A DNA stretch of 64,000 nt from Callorhinchus milii (Eukaryota): assembly GCF_018977255.1 (NCBI RefSeq), contig NW_024704743.1, positions 56,422,001 through 56,486,000 on the forward strand, in the 5' to 3' direction. The position numbers and the translations under genes are program-made. The notes below the pieces were generated by a model that saw only the letters and a list, made by a program, of their open reading frames with translations, was not told where the DNA came from and did not search any database. The number at the start of each line of letters is the position of its first letter. Within the stretch, counting starts at the first letter, position 1. Shown piece after piece: positions 51,441 to 63,685 of the stretch.

Positions 51441-52629
51441 TTCAATTTATGTTTATGAATCTCTAATACTGTACTACTTGGATCAGATCTCTCCACATCA
51501 CACTGCTTGGGATAAGTCACATACATGGTAATATTTCTTGTATACACTCAATTTAAACATTTTCACTGACTTCACAGCCCGATATTACTTCAAATGCAGA
51601 GAAGCGGCATGTGGATGAGTAATGTTTGGATGAGGGATGTAGTGTTGTATTCATGTTTCCAGGGGTTAGTCCCCCTTCCTCCCACCCCTGCCACACACAC
51701 ACACATAAACACATGCACTGTGGTAATGCTAACTACCAATAACCATGAAAACATCCAGGTTAAATATTTTGTGCATTAGACTCTATGGAAGTTCATATGA
51801 GCAGTAAATACACCAGACTGAGGGAAAGGTGACGCAAAGCCTATTCACGGCGCATGACAGCATTCATGACTTATAGAACAGATCAGAGTCGAAGGTCAAT
51901 TATGAACTGATCGATCCATACTTCAGAAATGTGATCCTCTCCAGTAGCACTGAGTCATGCAGTTGATCAATGCCAGCTCTAAATAATAGTACATGTTTCT
52001 GTAGTGTGGGTTGGTCTGGACAAAAACTGTTTGTGTGGGATTTTAGCTCTGCATCCTTACTGGATATAAATCTATTTACATGCATTTTGAATCAAAAGTC
52101 TCTGCGATTAATGTCTTGATACATAAATAATCTTCATTTTCAGGTTTAATTGTTTTTAATCCATATGAAAATCAAAGTGGCAACGTTAATATTTTCTGTG
52201 TGACTATCTGGGAGAGGGGGTGGAGAAAAGGATTCACTAATGCAAATCGAATGCAAAACTATGCACTTTATTTACTTTCTCCAGTCAATTATCTCAGCAG
52301 TTTTATTTATTTTATTTAAGTTCAAAGAAATAGTTTTACATTTTCTTGATATTCTTGAGCAGAAATATGTGAGAAAAGTGTACTGATTTAATCTTGTGAG
52401 AAAGACATTCACGTCACTTGGGGGAGATTGCATTCATTGTCAAGTCATTGCCAAGGGTTTTGAGGTGAATAGTTTGTTTCGCAACTTTTATTTTATTTGA
52501 GATTTGTTGAATATAGAATACAAAATTCACAACATTTGTAAATATTGTAACATACAAGTCCCCAAAATGGATAAAGGGGATTATTACATAGGGAGAAATT
52601 CAAAAGGTTACGCAACAAATGTTCATCTG

Positions 52630-53112
52630 ATCTGGACCCTCAATCCCTCTGCCTTGCCGCCCCTCTTGTCCGGCTTCAGATCATACCTGAAGCCCTTTCT
52701 CTTCAACTGTGCCTACAGTCACCTCCACCCCTCCCTCGCTTGGCACCAAGCTCTGCCACTGTTAAGTGCTCTGAGATTCTACCCCTTAGTATCCCCTTGC
52801 ACCCCTTGTCTCCCCATTGGCAAACTGGGGCCTGCTGCAGATCCCATGCTCCCTCGGCCACCCCACCATCAGTGGCCAAGCCTTCCAGCCATTATGCCCA
52901 CACTCCCTGGAACTCCCTCTTTCAACCTCTTTCATAGGTGGAGAGGGCTCTGTCTTTGCCCTCTCCACCTATCCTCAAAATCTCTTCAACCATTCCAATG
53001 GTTTGTTCCCTCCTCTACCAGCCCCCTGTTTGAGGTCCAGCACTGCCTCTGTAGAAGTGCTCTGAGTTGTTGTGTTGAATGAACGGTGCTGCAGACATGC
53101 AAGTTATTGTTG
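52630..53112 (+). mobile_element. Two degenerate L2 3' fragments in tandem
   Basis: LSGFRSYLKPFLF and ISGQAF...PWNSL motifs, with tail remnants. Confidence 0.65.
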
Positions 53113-53289
53113 CTGCAGGTTTCTTTCTATGGGTAGTTAATATTCAGATTATCAGTACATAAAACATGTTTTGAAACCAGCCTCACATAGGAGTCAGACA
53201 CTCTCAGATTTTGTTTGGAACCCAGTTTTTATTGCCCCGGGTTCAATCTTTGTTCATTGTTTAGTTTGCTGTTCAAAACTTGACACTAC

Positions 53290-53535
53290 AACCATAGAAC
53301 CATAGAAGTTTAGAGCACAAAGAAAGGCCATTTGGCTTATCATGTCTGATTCTTTTAAGAGCAATCCATTTTGTCCAATTTATCTGCCTTTTCATACCCC
53401 TGTAGTTTACTCCTTTGTAGGTATTTATCTACTTCCCTTTTGAAAACTCATATGGATTCTGCCTAACCACCATTCCTGGCAGGGCATTCCATATCCTAAC
53501 TACTCTGTGTGTTAAACGTTGTTTCCTAATCTCAC
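53290..53535 (-). mobile_element. CR1-like LINE 3' end
   Basis: accatagaaccatagaa tail; ggccatttggc; ctggcagggcattccatatcctaac. Confidence 0.65.
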
Positions 53536-53654
53536 CATTTTTTGTTTATTGGCACAATCTAGCTACAATCAGCTTCAACGACCTTGGGCTACATTCATCA
53601 GCAAATGTGACATAAAGTGCTTATATGACAACTTTCCTTATTCCACATGCCTCT

Positions 53655-53911
53655 TGTTTATTGAGCAGTAACTAGGAACCTGGTTGTTAGTCGGTTGGCA
53701 AATAGCTTTCCAGGGGTAATAATCCCTTGAAAAAAACATGTGGTTACTCAATCCACTACTGTTTGTGAGTCAGTAGTATGCACAATCGGCTGCTGCGCTT
53801 TGCCCACAAAATATACAGTCAGTTCACTTTACAGTATATTCTGTAAAGTGTTTTGAGACGTCTCGATGACGCGATAAGGCGCTATATCAAATGCAAGGAT
53901 TATTATTATTA
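53655..53911 (+). mobile_element. tRNA-SINE family copy lacking its head
   Basis: Body and tail collinear with 18830-19052. Confidence 0.82.
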
Positions 53912-55512
53912 TATCCATTCCTCATCGCAGACCTTTATTACTTGTGATAGCAGTCAGTAAAGAGCAATCGTATTTGTAAGTGGACTGGAACTCTGGCAGA
54001 AGAGCTGAGCTCCAAATCTTTGTCCAGAATCAAATGACCAGATTTTTTAGTTAATTTTGACTTCAGAAGCAACACTACTTGCAACACCTGCTGAGAAGTT
54101 GGGCGAAGGTGGTGAATCCTTTATTTAGAAAAAATGAATGCAGCACCCAGAATAATTAGCCCGGGAAGAAATCTCACACCGACCTTCATGTTTACGAATG
54201 CTGTGAAGGAAAAAATATGGAATCAAATATGGAGCTCATCCTGATTTTCTGTTATTAACCAGTGGAAACGCAGGAGCTAAACTAGCACAGAGTTTTAAGA
54301 GAAATGGATAGAGGTAACGGTGCAAAAAGCAGCACAGACAGGAACAGTCTGGAGCCATGTAGAGCAAATGTAATTTAATTAGTGTTGATCGTGACTCCAG
54401 ATCATTGTGATTTGATCAGGAATAATTTAGTACTTAACAGCCTCTTACATGCACTGAGTACATCTGGGAAGGTAAAGTAAATTGCATAAATTAAGGTCCC
54501 GCATTCATGTTCATTTGTGATTATTTGAGATCCCTGCCAGTCCTGTTTCAGATAACCTCTGAGCAGTCAGCTAGATCAACTCCTGAAGGATTGTGCAATA
54601 AACTTTATTTTTATTTTGAAATCCACAACCCAATAATTCTTGTGTCATTAGGGATGACTGGGCAGATGAATGGATTATTGATCCTCTTATCATCCAGGAA
54701 CAGCAGCTCCAGCTCATACAGCTGGTTTATACCAATGGTCATCTTAACAAAATGCTCCTTTCAGTTTTATCTGTGCAATGTTCATCTTGATCTTTTTAGT
54801 GAACACCGGAAGAAATTGTCCTTTATTATTGAACAGAAGGTTAAAACTGAATTCTGCACTTTATAAAAATAGGTTATTTTGCTTCATCCCCTGCCCCCAA
54901 TTGCTATCACAGACAGGGTCCAGATGGTTTGTGCCCAGCCTTTTTAATAGATCTGCACTTATTCACTGGAGATGCACAGAGGCAAGCTTGGATTGAGGTA
55001 CACTATTCACCTCTCTACAAAGAAATTCCTGGACATCACCCATTCCCCCCCACCCCCCCACCCCCCTCCCCAACCAGCTGCCCAGCTGCGATCAGCAATT
55101 ATCCATGTAGAAATCGCTTGTATAGGCTTATTTCACTATGCACCAATATACCCAATATGTTGTTTCACTGGCACTTAGCAGCCTACAATATTGTGAACCA
55201 TCTGACTAAGGCCATGTGCAGCACTTGCAGGATATGGTCAGTTGCAAGTTGGTCTTCAGGAATGTCACTTCAAATAGGGTGGGAATCAAAACACTGGGGT
55301 TGCCTTCTCCCAAGCCACATCTCCTTCAGATTAATGCGCTTTACATTAAAATCCCGAGTACAGACAATTTACTTACCCCTATTATTGAGTGTCTGGTACA
55401 ATCAAACTTCTCGAACAGAAGGAATTGAACTTTATCCCTTAACAAGCATGTGGGAAATGATTGTGAGCCTTGTTTTGGGTTCAGTTTGTACTCAAGCATA
55501 CCTATACATAAA

Positions 55513-55705
55513 ATAACAACAACTTGCACTTATATAGCACCCTCCAAGCAGGGTAGCGTCTCAGAGCGCTTAACAGTGGCGGAGCCTGACTCCGAGTGGG
55601 GAGGTGGCCGTAAGCAAGGTCGAAGAGGAAAGGTTTCAGGTGGGACTTGAAAGAGGGGAGAGGGGCCAAGGCAGAGGGATTGAGGAAGAGTGTTCCAGAA
55701 TTAAA
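55513..55705 (-). mobile_element. L2 LINE 3' fragment
   Basis: The minus strand encodes PLPSFKSHLKPFLFD; (CAA)n tail. Confidence 0.8.
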
Positions 55706-56329
55706 CACTCTTCATACCTAAAGAAGACAAGGCATTCATTAAAATATGCCCCACACCCAAATCCTAATACACAAATCTAAGGCATACATTTCTGTTGGTC
55801 AGTAAAGTTAACAATTTTGGCAATGTGCTTGTGTTTGGCATTTCCTCATTCTAAATCCATCTCAGCAAAGCTGATAATTTTAACAACCAACATCCTTCCT
55901 ACTTTTCATATTGTATATCGTTCTACTTGTGACACTTTTTAAATGACTTGTTAGTTGGTTGGACTGACAATGTCTTAACAATAGGAAGCAGAGGTGATTG
56001 TAAATGTTCCTTCTGAGAGTCAGTGGTTAGTTATCGTGTTCTGCGAGGCTCTGTTCTGATTTCTCTGCTCGTCAGATCATGCGTAACTGACGTGATAGGC
56101 ACAACTTTTAGTAGTTATATCATTGTAATATTTGCTTTTAATACTAATCTCTAGGCAGGCTGCACTGGCTCCCTATCGCCGAACGGATCGATTTCAAGAT
56201 CCTCACACTCGTTTTAAATCCCTTCATTCCCTGGCACCATCCTACCTCTCCAACCTTCTTAACCCCCCAATCCACAACCCGCTGCCTCCCTGGAGGGACA
56301 AGCTCTGACTACCTAATTCCAGAGAGCAT

Positions 56330-56810
56330 TATATGCAGGATTTGGGTGTGATTATTCATCAGTCACTAAAGGTTTCCCATTGATGTGAAGTTGTGACCAA
56401 CAAAACTAATCAAATACTATTTTGCATCTCAAGGACATTTGACTTAAATTGAGAATAGTTACTGCAATTTTAAATTAGATCACTGATGAGGCTACATTTG
56501 TAATATACTGTGCCATTTTGTGCATTCAAGAGGAATTAAAGCTTCGGAAAGGTTTAGAGAGAGTAGCAAGCTTGACTCTGGAGCTTAGAGTCTAAGGAGA
56601 GGCTTGCAAAGCTGAATTTGTTTTCAAAAACAAGGAAAAAATGAGGAGGGACATGATCCAGGTTTTTAAATCCCTGGAGGAATAGATGATGTAGATGTTA
56701 GTGAGCTATTTGACCTTTACAGTACAAATGAACATAATGGATATTATCTTAGAATTAAGAATAATTAAAGAGAACTGTGATTAGAAGACTTACTTCATTG
56801 ATTATGTGAA
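56330..56810 (+). mobile_element. Degenerate CR1-like LINE ORF2 3' fragment
   Basis: DLGVII...SL-like and MRRDMIQVFKSL segments, heavily frameshifted. Confidence 0.6.
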
Positions 56811-57019
56811 TAGATTCTATAATCCAGATAAAAGACACATCCAGGTCAAATAATCAATATTTACCTCTGTTATTTTTAGTTCCTAAGATATATATATTTT
56901 TGGCTGCTGTGCAATAAGGATCATAGAATCATGAATATTTAAGTAATTTACGCTAAATATTTAGCATTAAATCACTTGACAGCAGTGGTTTCATCAGCCT
57001 TGCTTCACTCTAGCTCCCC

Positions 57020-57381
57020 TACCTACCTGCCCGTACCCTCCGTTCCTCTGGCTCTGGTCTGCTTCACGTCCCCCGCCCCAACCGCCCTACCATCGGTGGT
57101 CGGGCCTTCAGCCTCTCAGCCCCCAGGCTCTGGAACTCCATCCCCCAGTGCCTTCGCCGCCTCCTCCCTTTCCTCCTTCAAGGCCGGTCTCAAAACCTTT
57201 CTCTTTGACCGTGCCTTCAGCTCCCCTCTTGACTCTCTTCCCCCTCCTCGCTCCCTCCCTTCCCTCACCCTGACCATTTCCCCCCTGCTCGGGTCATGAC
57301 CCAACTGTGCAGCGCCTTGGGACGTCCTCCTGACGTGAAAGGCGCTCTATAAATGGAATCTTATTGTTGTTGTTGTTGTTG
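57020..57381 (+). mobile_element. Young L2 LINE 3' end
   Basis: L2 ORF2 end (SSFKAGLKTFLFDRAF), intact stem-loop at 57311-57346, (TTG)n tail. Confidence 0.9.
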
Positions 57382-57722
57382 TGACCTCCCTAACTCATAT
57401 TGACCTGTCTGCTCCGTCCACTCAGCGGACTCCGGCCTGCTCCATGTCCCCCACCATATCCACCCCACATCAGCGGCCGGGCCTTCAGCCTTTCTTCCCC
57501 CACGCTTAGGAACTCCATCCCACAGTCACTTCACCTCGGTCTCTCCCTTTCCGCCTTCAAGGCCTGTCTCAAGACCTTCCTTGTGCCTTCAATCACTCTC
57601 CTGCCTTCCACACCTCCTGATTCCAACTCCCAGCTTGGGTCCACATCCTTGACTGTCCAGCGCCTTGGGATGTTCTCCTGACATGAAAGGCGATTACAAA
57701 TGTAGTTTCTTATTGCTGTTGT
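57382..57722 (+). mobile_element. Older L2 LINE 3' fragment adjacent to the young copy
   Basis: Translates to ISGRAFSLSSPTLRNSIPQSLHL..SLSAFKACLKTFL, followed by the tail. Confidence 0.85.
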
Positions 57723-58526
57723 TTGCTATGAAATGTAAATCTCAGAAGAATTAACTATTTTGATGCTTCACATTTTCACCTCATGACCATTTGACCATGG
57801 CATTTAACTATTCATTGAGCTTTTGACTATTCATTGGCATTTTGCCTGAAAGCACAGAGCCGCTGTGGGTAAACATTGAGCTATCTTTTATTACCATTCA
57901 TTTGCACTTGTCCTATCACGTCACCATTTCAAATGCAAACCATATTTATCCTATAGTACATTGTAACTATAATACAACCCAGAGACCACTTACCTCCCTT
58001 TCACTGGTGGCTTTTGGCAGACCTTATGCTCCATGTGTTTCTAGGCCTATTCATGGACTGCCCGGTCACGGGTCATTACCAGAACTAGGATTTGGCACTG
58101 TTTGTTCTTCTCTGATGCCCAGTGAAAGAAACAGCAGCGTTTTCCCCTCATCCAAAGACCAAATTAAATTGCTGCATTAAAACCATGGGACCTGGAGTTA
58201 CAATAGAATTATTGACCCTGTTGGCTTTCACCCAACACACCCCCCATCCACCCCCCCCCTCCCCAATCCCAAATGGGGACTGCTTAACCTTCTCTGTACT
58301 TTACCGTTATGATTGAAATATGGATAGGGGAATTATGTGCATCAGTTCCATCACTTGGTGGTTCAACATGGCACAGAACAACGCCCTTGAATAGAAACAC
58401 ACTGCGTGGGATTGTGGAACTGGATGGAAAGATAGTGAATAACTGATGTATAGCAATACTGTTTTAAAATAACTGATCACAGAGTGAAGAGCTGGTGAAT
58501 TCCTAAATTAGAAAGATTTTCCTTTT

Positions 58527-58700
58527 GGATCCTCGCATTTGATATCAAGCCTTATCACGTCATTGAGACATCTCAAAGGGCTTCACAGAATGAATATACT
58601 GTAAAGTGAATTGATTGTAGATTTTGTGGGTGAAACGAGGCAGCCAATTGGGCACAGCAGTGTCCCACAAACAGTTGTGGATTGAGTTACCAAATTTGCA
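58527..58700 (-). mobile_element. tRNA-SINE family 3' half, about 60 nt upstream of ETV1 coding exon 5
   Basis: Reverse complement of the family body and tail. Confidence 0.82.
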
Positions 58701-58761
58701 TTTTAAAGAGAATAGATATTAGTACTGACTGGGTTCTTGCTCTCTCTTTCTCTCATTTCAG

Positions 58762-58891
58762 TGGCTTTCCATGGCCTTCCTCTAAAAATCAAGAAGGAAC
58801 CGCAGAGCCCCTGTTCCGAGCTGAGCTCTGCTTGCAGCCATGAACCACCTTTTAAATTCAGTTATGGGGAAAAGTGCCTGTATAATGTCAG
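58762..58891 (+). CDS. ETV1: ETV1 coding exon 5 (LAFHGLPLKIKKEPQSPCSELSSACSHEPPFKFSYGEKCLYNVS), 130 nt
   Basis: Acceptor tctcatttcag, donor gtaaga. Contains the SUMO consensus IKKE (K89), S94-P and K116, numbered as in the spliced protein. Confidence 0.97.
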
Positions 58892-60629
58892 GTAAGAGAA
58901 CACGTCAGCAAGTAACTCTGATAAAGTTTCACACTATGGCATGTAGCTTTTGTAAATCAAACTATGTAAAATGTTGCTTCATTTGGGGTGAAAAATTGTG
59001 ATCTTTGGTTTGTTAATTATCCCTGTTGTTAATTATCACATCGCTGATAAATGTGGGCAGTGAGACCAGACAATAACTGAAGACCATTGATACCCAAAGG
59101 CTGGCAGTGGACATGCCTCCTCCCAGCCAAGTCACACTGTTGGACCAGAAGCCATCTGTACAACCATTGGACTTACAAATTTTGGAGCGTTGGCTGGTGT
59201 GATCATTCAGTTTTTTTATTGAATTTAGCCACTGACTGACAAAACTCTAACACGAGCCCATAAGTCCAAGGGTTAGAGCAGTTTCGGGCCCAACCACTGC
59301 AAAGAAGTCAGGATGAGGCACCAATAATTTATTCAAATGACATTTTCCAAATTTCAGAGGAAAACCAAAGCCCTAGCAATCCTCATGGTCTGTGCCTTTA
59401 AACCAGTGTTAATTAAACCATCACAGGTTACAATTCTAACCCTATAGTTATCTTGTATAGCGAGCCAGCCAGCTGCTTACCTCAAGGACGTTTTCCCCTC
59501 AGAAGGTAAACTCATGTGCGATTCTCGCAGTTGTGTATGACATGATTTCTTGGTATGAGGTCACTTGGTTAGCATTTGTTTTTCCCTTAATGAAAATTAT
59601 AGCCAGAGCAGTTTCCTCATCCTCAGTAGCAGCCACGTGTCCTGACACACTTTGGTTCCAGCTGCGCTGTACCTTGTGTGGCCCTTTTGTTTTGCAGATC
59701 AAAGATTTTGGCGTCAGCATTAATCTTAGGTGATCCTGGCCTGTACAGTAACTGTGTTTAATTGGGCCCTACGGTCCTTCCATCGCATTCTAATTAGAGC
59801 AAATCTTCCCGTTGGTACAGGTTTTAAACATTGGGGAGTCACAGAGACTCACGGTTAAATTTAATAGCACTATTGATTTTGTTGGGGATATTTTTCTTTG
59901 AGTGGTGATGGGGAAACTGAATTGGAGGAATTATAATTGTACAACTGAAAAAAGTCCTCGTATTTTTCGCTTAATTTTTAAAAAGTGTGGGAGGGTGGGT
60001 GGGAGGGGGTCCTTGATGGTGTTTTATTTTGAGGAAACAATAGCTTTAATTCAGTGTGCGTTACCAGTGCGCTGAGAATGGGTGGGTGAACAAGACTAGG
60101 TTGAGCCTTTCCATTTGTCTATTATCCTGAGCTATTTGTTCTGCTGCATTATAGCTTTTAAATTTTGCTGCCACATCTGAAACAGTACAGTACACAGCTT
60201 GGAGAGTATTTTTTAAGCATGCAACTGGGAGAATACTCTACACTGTACATGCTGGGTGAGCACTCTACTCAATACATAACAGGGAGATAACAACAACAGC
60301 ATCTTGCATTTGGATAGCACCCTTCACTTAGTAGTGTGTTGGAATGCTTAAAGAGTATTCCACTCGGTACACAACGGGAAGAGTACTCTACAGAATAATT
60401 AAAGTTATAATGGCAGAATGTGAAGTTTGATGCTCTGCCAGTTCAACATAACCTTATTACAAGATACATTTAGCTTTCACGATAAAGAGTTGCATGAGAA
60501 GCACTTAAGTAATCTTAGATATTACTGATCTCCAGAGGACAAGACAGAAAAAGATATCGGGTTTTGTATTGGTTCTACTATCTGCAGTTTATCTCTTGTT
60601 TTATTTGCGGACTTATTTTGTTTCTCCAG

Positions 60630-60818
60630 TGCCTATGATCACAAGCCACCTGTAGGATTGAAGCCCTCTAACCCGCCAACCCCCTCCAGTACGCCGGTCT
60701 CTCCTTTGCACCACGGGTCACCGAATCCTGCTGCAACTCCCAAACCGGATCGAAGTTTTCCAGCACACCTGTCTGCCACCCAGGCCATCCCAGAGAATGG
60801 CTACCCAATGGACCATAG
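60630..60818 (+). CDS. ETV1: ETV1 coding exon 6 (AYDHKPPVGLKPSNPPTPSSTPVSPLHHGSPNPAATPKPDRSFPAHLSATQAIPENGYPMDHR), 189 nt
   Basis: Acceptor tttctccag, donor gtcagg, phase 2-2. Proline-directed MAPK sites T139, T143 and S146 are present. Overlaps ORF-track entry 60658..60849. Confidence 0.96.
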
Positions 60819-61061
60819 GTCAGGAAGTACACTGAGTCTTTTCCAATAATTATTTAGGTTTGTTAAGAATTCCCAGCTGCTATGTGTGCAGCTTGCTCAA
60901 AATAGAATTTTTTTTTCCCCTTACACCATTGTGTTTGGAAATCCTATTATAGTATAGCCCAATGGTTTGGGTGCATAAAACGATACCCTGTGTTATCATG
61001 AGGCACAATGTAAATTGGTTTCTCCTGATATCATTTCCTGTGTTGTACAGTGTACAATACA

Positions 61062-61440
61062 AAAATACAACGGAAAATGACATTTGTAAAGCGCCTTTCA
61101 CGTCGGGAGGATGTCCCAAGGCGCTGTACAGTCAGGGAGCGGTCCCGAGCGGGAAGAAGTGGGTGGGGGATGGGATCAGGGAGGATGGAGGGCAGAGAGG
61201 GTAGGAGGCTGGCCGAAGGCACGATCAAAGAGATCTTGAGGCATGCCTTGAAAGAGGCAAGGGAGGGAGCGAGGCAAAGGGAATGTGGGATGGAGTTCCA
61301 AAGGGTGGGGGCAGAGAGGCTGAAGGCCCGAGGTGCCCCAGGCAGGGGACATGGAGCAGGCTGGAGCCTGCTGAGCGGAGGTACCGGACAGGTTGATAAG
61401 GGGTTAGTAGGTCGGAGAGGCGGGGGCAAGGCCAGTGGGG
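61062..61440 (-). mobile_element. L2 LINE 3' fragment
   Basis: The minus strand encodes RAFSLSAPTLWNSIPHSLCLAPSLASFKACLK; stem-loop tail. Confidence 0.88.
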
Positions 61441-62659
61441 TATCACACAAGAAGTGCTACTGGTGTCACTTCCTGTGCAATGCCCATGCACTCTATGCAC
61501 AGGAAGTATCACTAATGTTGCCTCCTGTGTGTTCTAACATGCAAGCTGTCAGAAAACCGTCCAGTCGAGACCAGAAGCCAAAGGTGTACCACATAGTACA
61601 CCCATGCTATAAACAAGCTTGCACTATACAGGGGTGCATTCTAAATAGTAGGACTGCTAAAAGACTGTGAAAAAGCCTGCAATCTTTAGTGATCATCGTT
61701 TATTAAATCTAAATGTGTGAGTATTCTCTATATTCAGATGAGAACTCCTGCAACTTCATAAAAAGTATGAGAATGATCTACTAGTCATTTTCCTTTCTGG
61801 ATGAGCACCATTGTGAGTTAACGTGAGCAGCCTAATCTTTGCTGCCTGCTTTTATCGCCACCGTCATCACAAAACATAAAGCTAGACTGAGAAATGGTCT
61901 GTCAGAGGGGTCTAATTAGCAGTGCAGTGTTTCTTAACAGATTTCTATATCAGATTCTAAAGCAAATAAGTTCGACAATTCCATACTTAATATTTAGGAA
62001 TCCTGCTCAAGAAGTAATGTTGGGGTTGACCTGATGAATTGGAAGTTGGCCATTTTTTTGTATGGGAAGCTAGCCAGCTTTCTGTGTACGTGCAGTGCAC
62101 AGTGAATGCAGAAGTTATTTGATAACTGGCAATTACGTCCTGATATGAGGTGAGTTGGGATTTTATGAACCCCAAAGACTCTTAAAAAATAATCCTTGCA
62201 TTTGCTATAGTGTCTGTTATGTCAGGAAGATGTCTCAAAGTGTTTCAGAGGATATGCTATGAAATGGAGTGACTATATTTTTGTGGGCGAATGCAACAAT
62301 CAATATCCTGTGAACAGCTATGAAGTCAATATCCTTATGTGAATATGGATAACTGAATGTAACTGGAAGGCGGTCATCTAATTGAGTTCAGGTGATGTCC
62401 GTAACATGTGAGTGCAAAGCTTGAACATATTTGAACTGTATTCAGAAGATTAGATTATTACCGAGAAATTATTGAGTTTTTTTTTGCAATTAGTTATTCT
62501 AAAGTTTAGAGGAAGTATTTAATCAGAATTGAGCCTGTATCTCTGCTGGCAGACTCTCAGTGTGAATATATCATCTGATATTTACATGGAACAATTAAAG
62601 GTTGTGGGATCATTTACTGAACATTTATCAAACCTTAATTTACAGTTCATTGAGAAGAA

Positions 62660-62795
62660 ATTGAAGGAGTGGGGGGTAAGCAGGTCGGATGGGTAGGGAG
62701 ATTCGAGGGCATGAAGGGATTTGAAAACGAGTAAGAGGATCTTGAAATCGATCCATTCGGTAATTGGGAACCAGTGGAGCCTAGCAAAGACTGGT
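62660..62795 (-). mobile_element. L2 ORF2 internal fragment
   Basis: TPVFARLHWFPITEWIDFKILLLVFKSLHAL. A similar + strand piece lies at about 56155-56265. Confidence 0.8.
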
Positions 62796-63437
62796 GTTTT
62801 GTGCGGGAATAAAATGTTATGGCCTTTGAATTGTTCCCAGATATCCATCAGTCCATATATAATATTGTGTTACCAGTACTGTTGCCTCCTGTTAATTGGA
62901 TTCCCCATTTCTCAAATTGCACTTTTATTCTACAAATATGCTTCAAATATGGACCCACTTTAATTTGTGTTCTGAATCGTAAAACGCTAGCAGTCATGTA
63001 ATAATTTTAAAGTATCACAGTATGTACTCACCGAATCCCAGTAGTTACATGCACAATTTGATATGGTACTCAGCCAATGAAAATGGTAAAGTCCCAGACT
63101 TGATGCCTAATCTGTACCGAGTTTCTCAGCTAATGTTTTCTGAGTGTCTCTGGGACAGTAAGGTGGGGGACAACAGACAAAGGTTTCTGCTGGAAAGTAT
63201 CTTGCATACCTTTGAGGTGAAGACAGGATTGGGCTTGCTTGCTATGCCCACATGCTTGAACTGTTTTGGTTAGTGTTTGAATTGCAGTGCTGCAGATCCA
63301 AAGAGGTCTTCCTTCCAAATTGCATTGCCTCTCCATGGTGAATCATCTTTTTCCCCCAACCCCTTTCACTCTGCATTATGGCACTTTGCATCACTAAAGT
63401 AGTGTACCACCCAAAAGATTCATTTGTGTTCTTTCTG

Positions 63438-63685
63438 CTTCAGGTCCCCTGCACTTCCCACCCCACCATTCGCGGTCGGGCATTCAGCATCACTGTGGAA
63501 ACTCTATCCCGGAATCCCTCCGTCTCTCCCCTCTCTTCGATCGTGCTTTCGGTCATCTTCCCAGCGCAGCCCCCTCCCTCCTCCCCTTCTGACCCCAACT
63601 CGAGTCCAAAATCCCTGATTGTATAGCGCCCTGGGACGTCTTTTCGACATGAAGGGCACTATGCAAGTGTAATTTATTGTTGTTC
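63438..63685 (+). mobile_element. L2 LINE 3' fragment
   Basis: PTIRGRAFS motif and tail agcgccctgggacgtc...gacatgaagggcact. Confidence 0.8.

Noticed and set aside
52504..53082. 192-aa ORF, and the similar 54929..55516 ORF
   Set aside because: Non-ATG starts; they run through degenerate repeats or low-complexity DNA inside an ETV1 intron.
25595..60818. Assignment of the gene as ETV5 or ETV4
   Set aside because: VPYMV, ETWLAE, PDNDEQ, KIKKEP and NPPTPSSTPVSP are ETV1-type. The alternative MLQDLS exon and the DGKB-like neighbour agree with ETV1.
61050..61670. 206-aa ORF on the + strand
   Set aside because: Antisense reading of a GC-rich L2 fragment with no recognisable domain.
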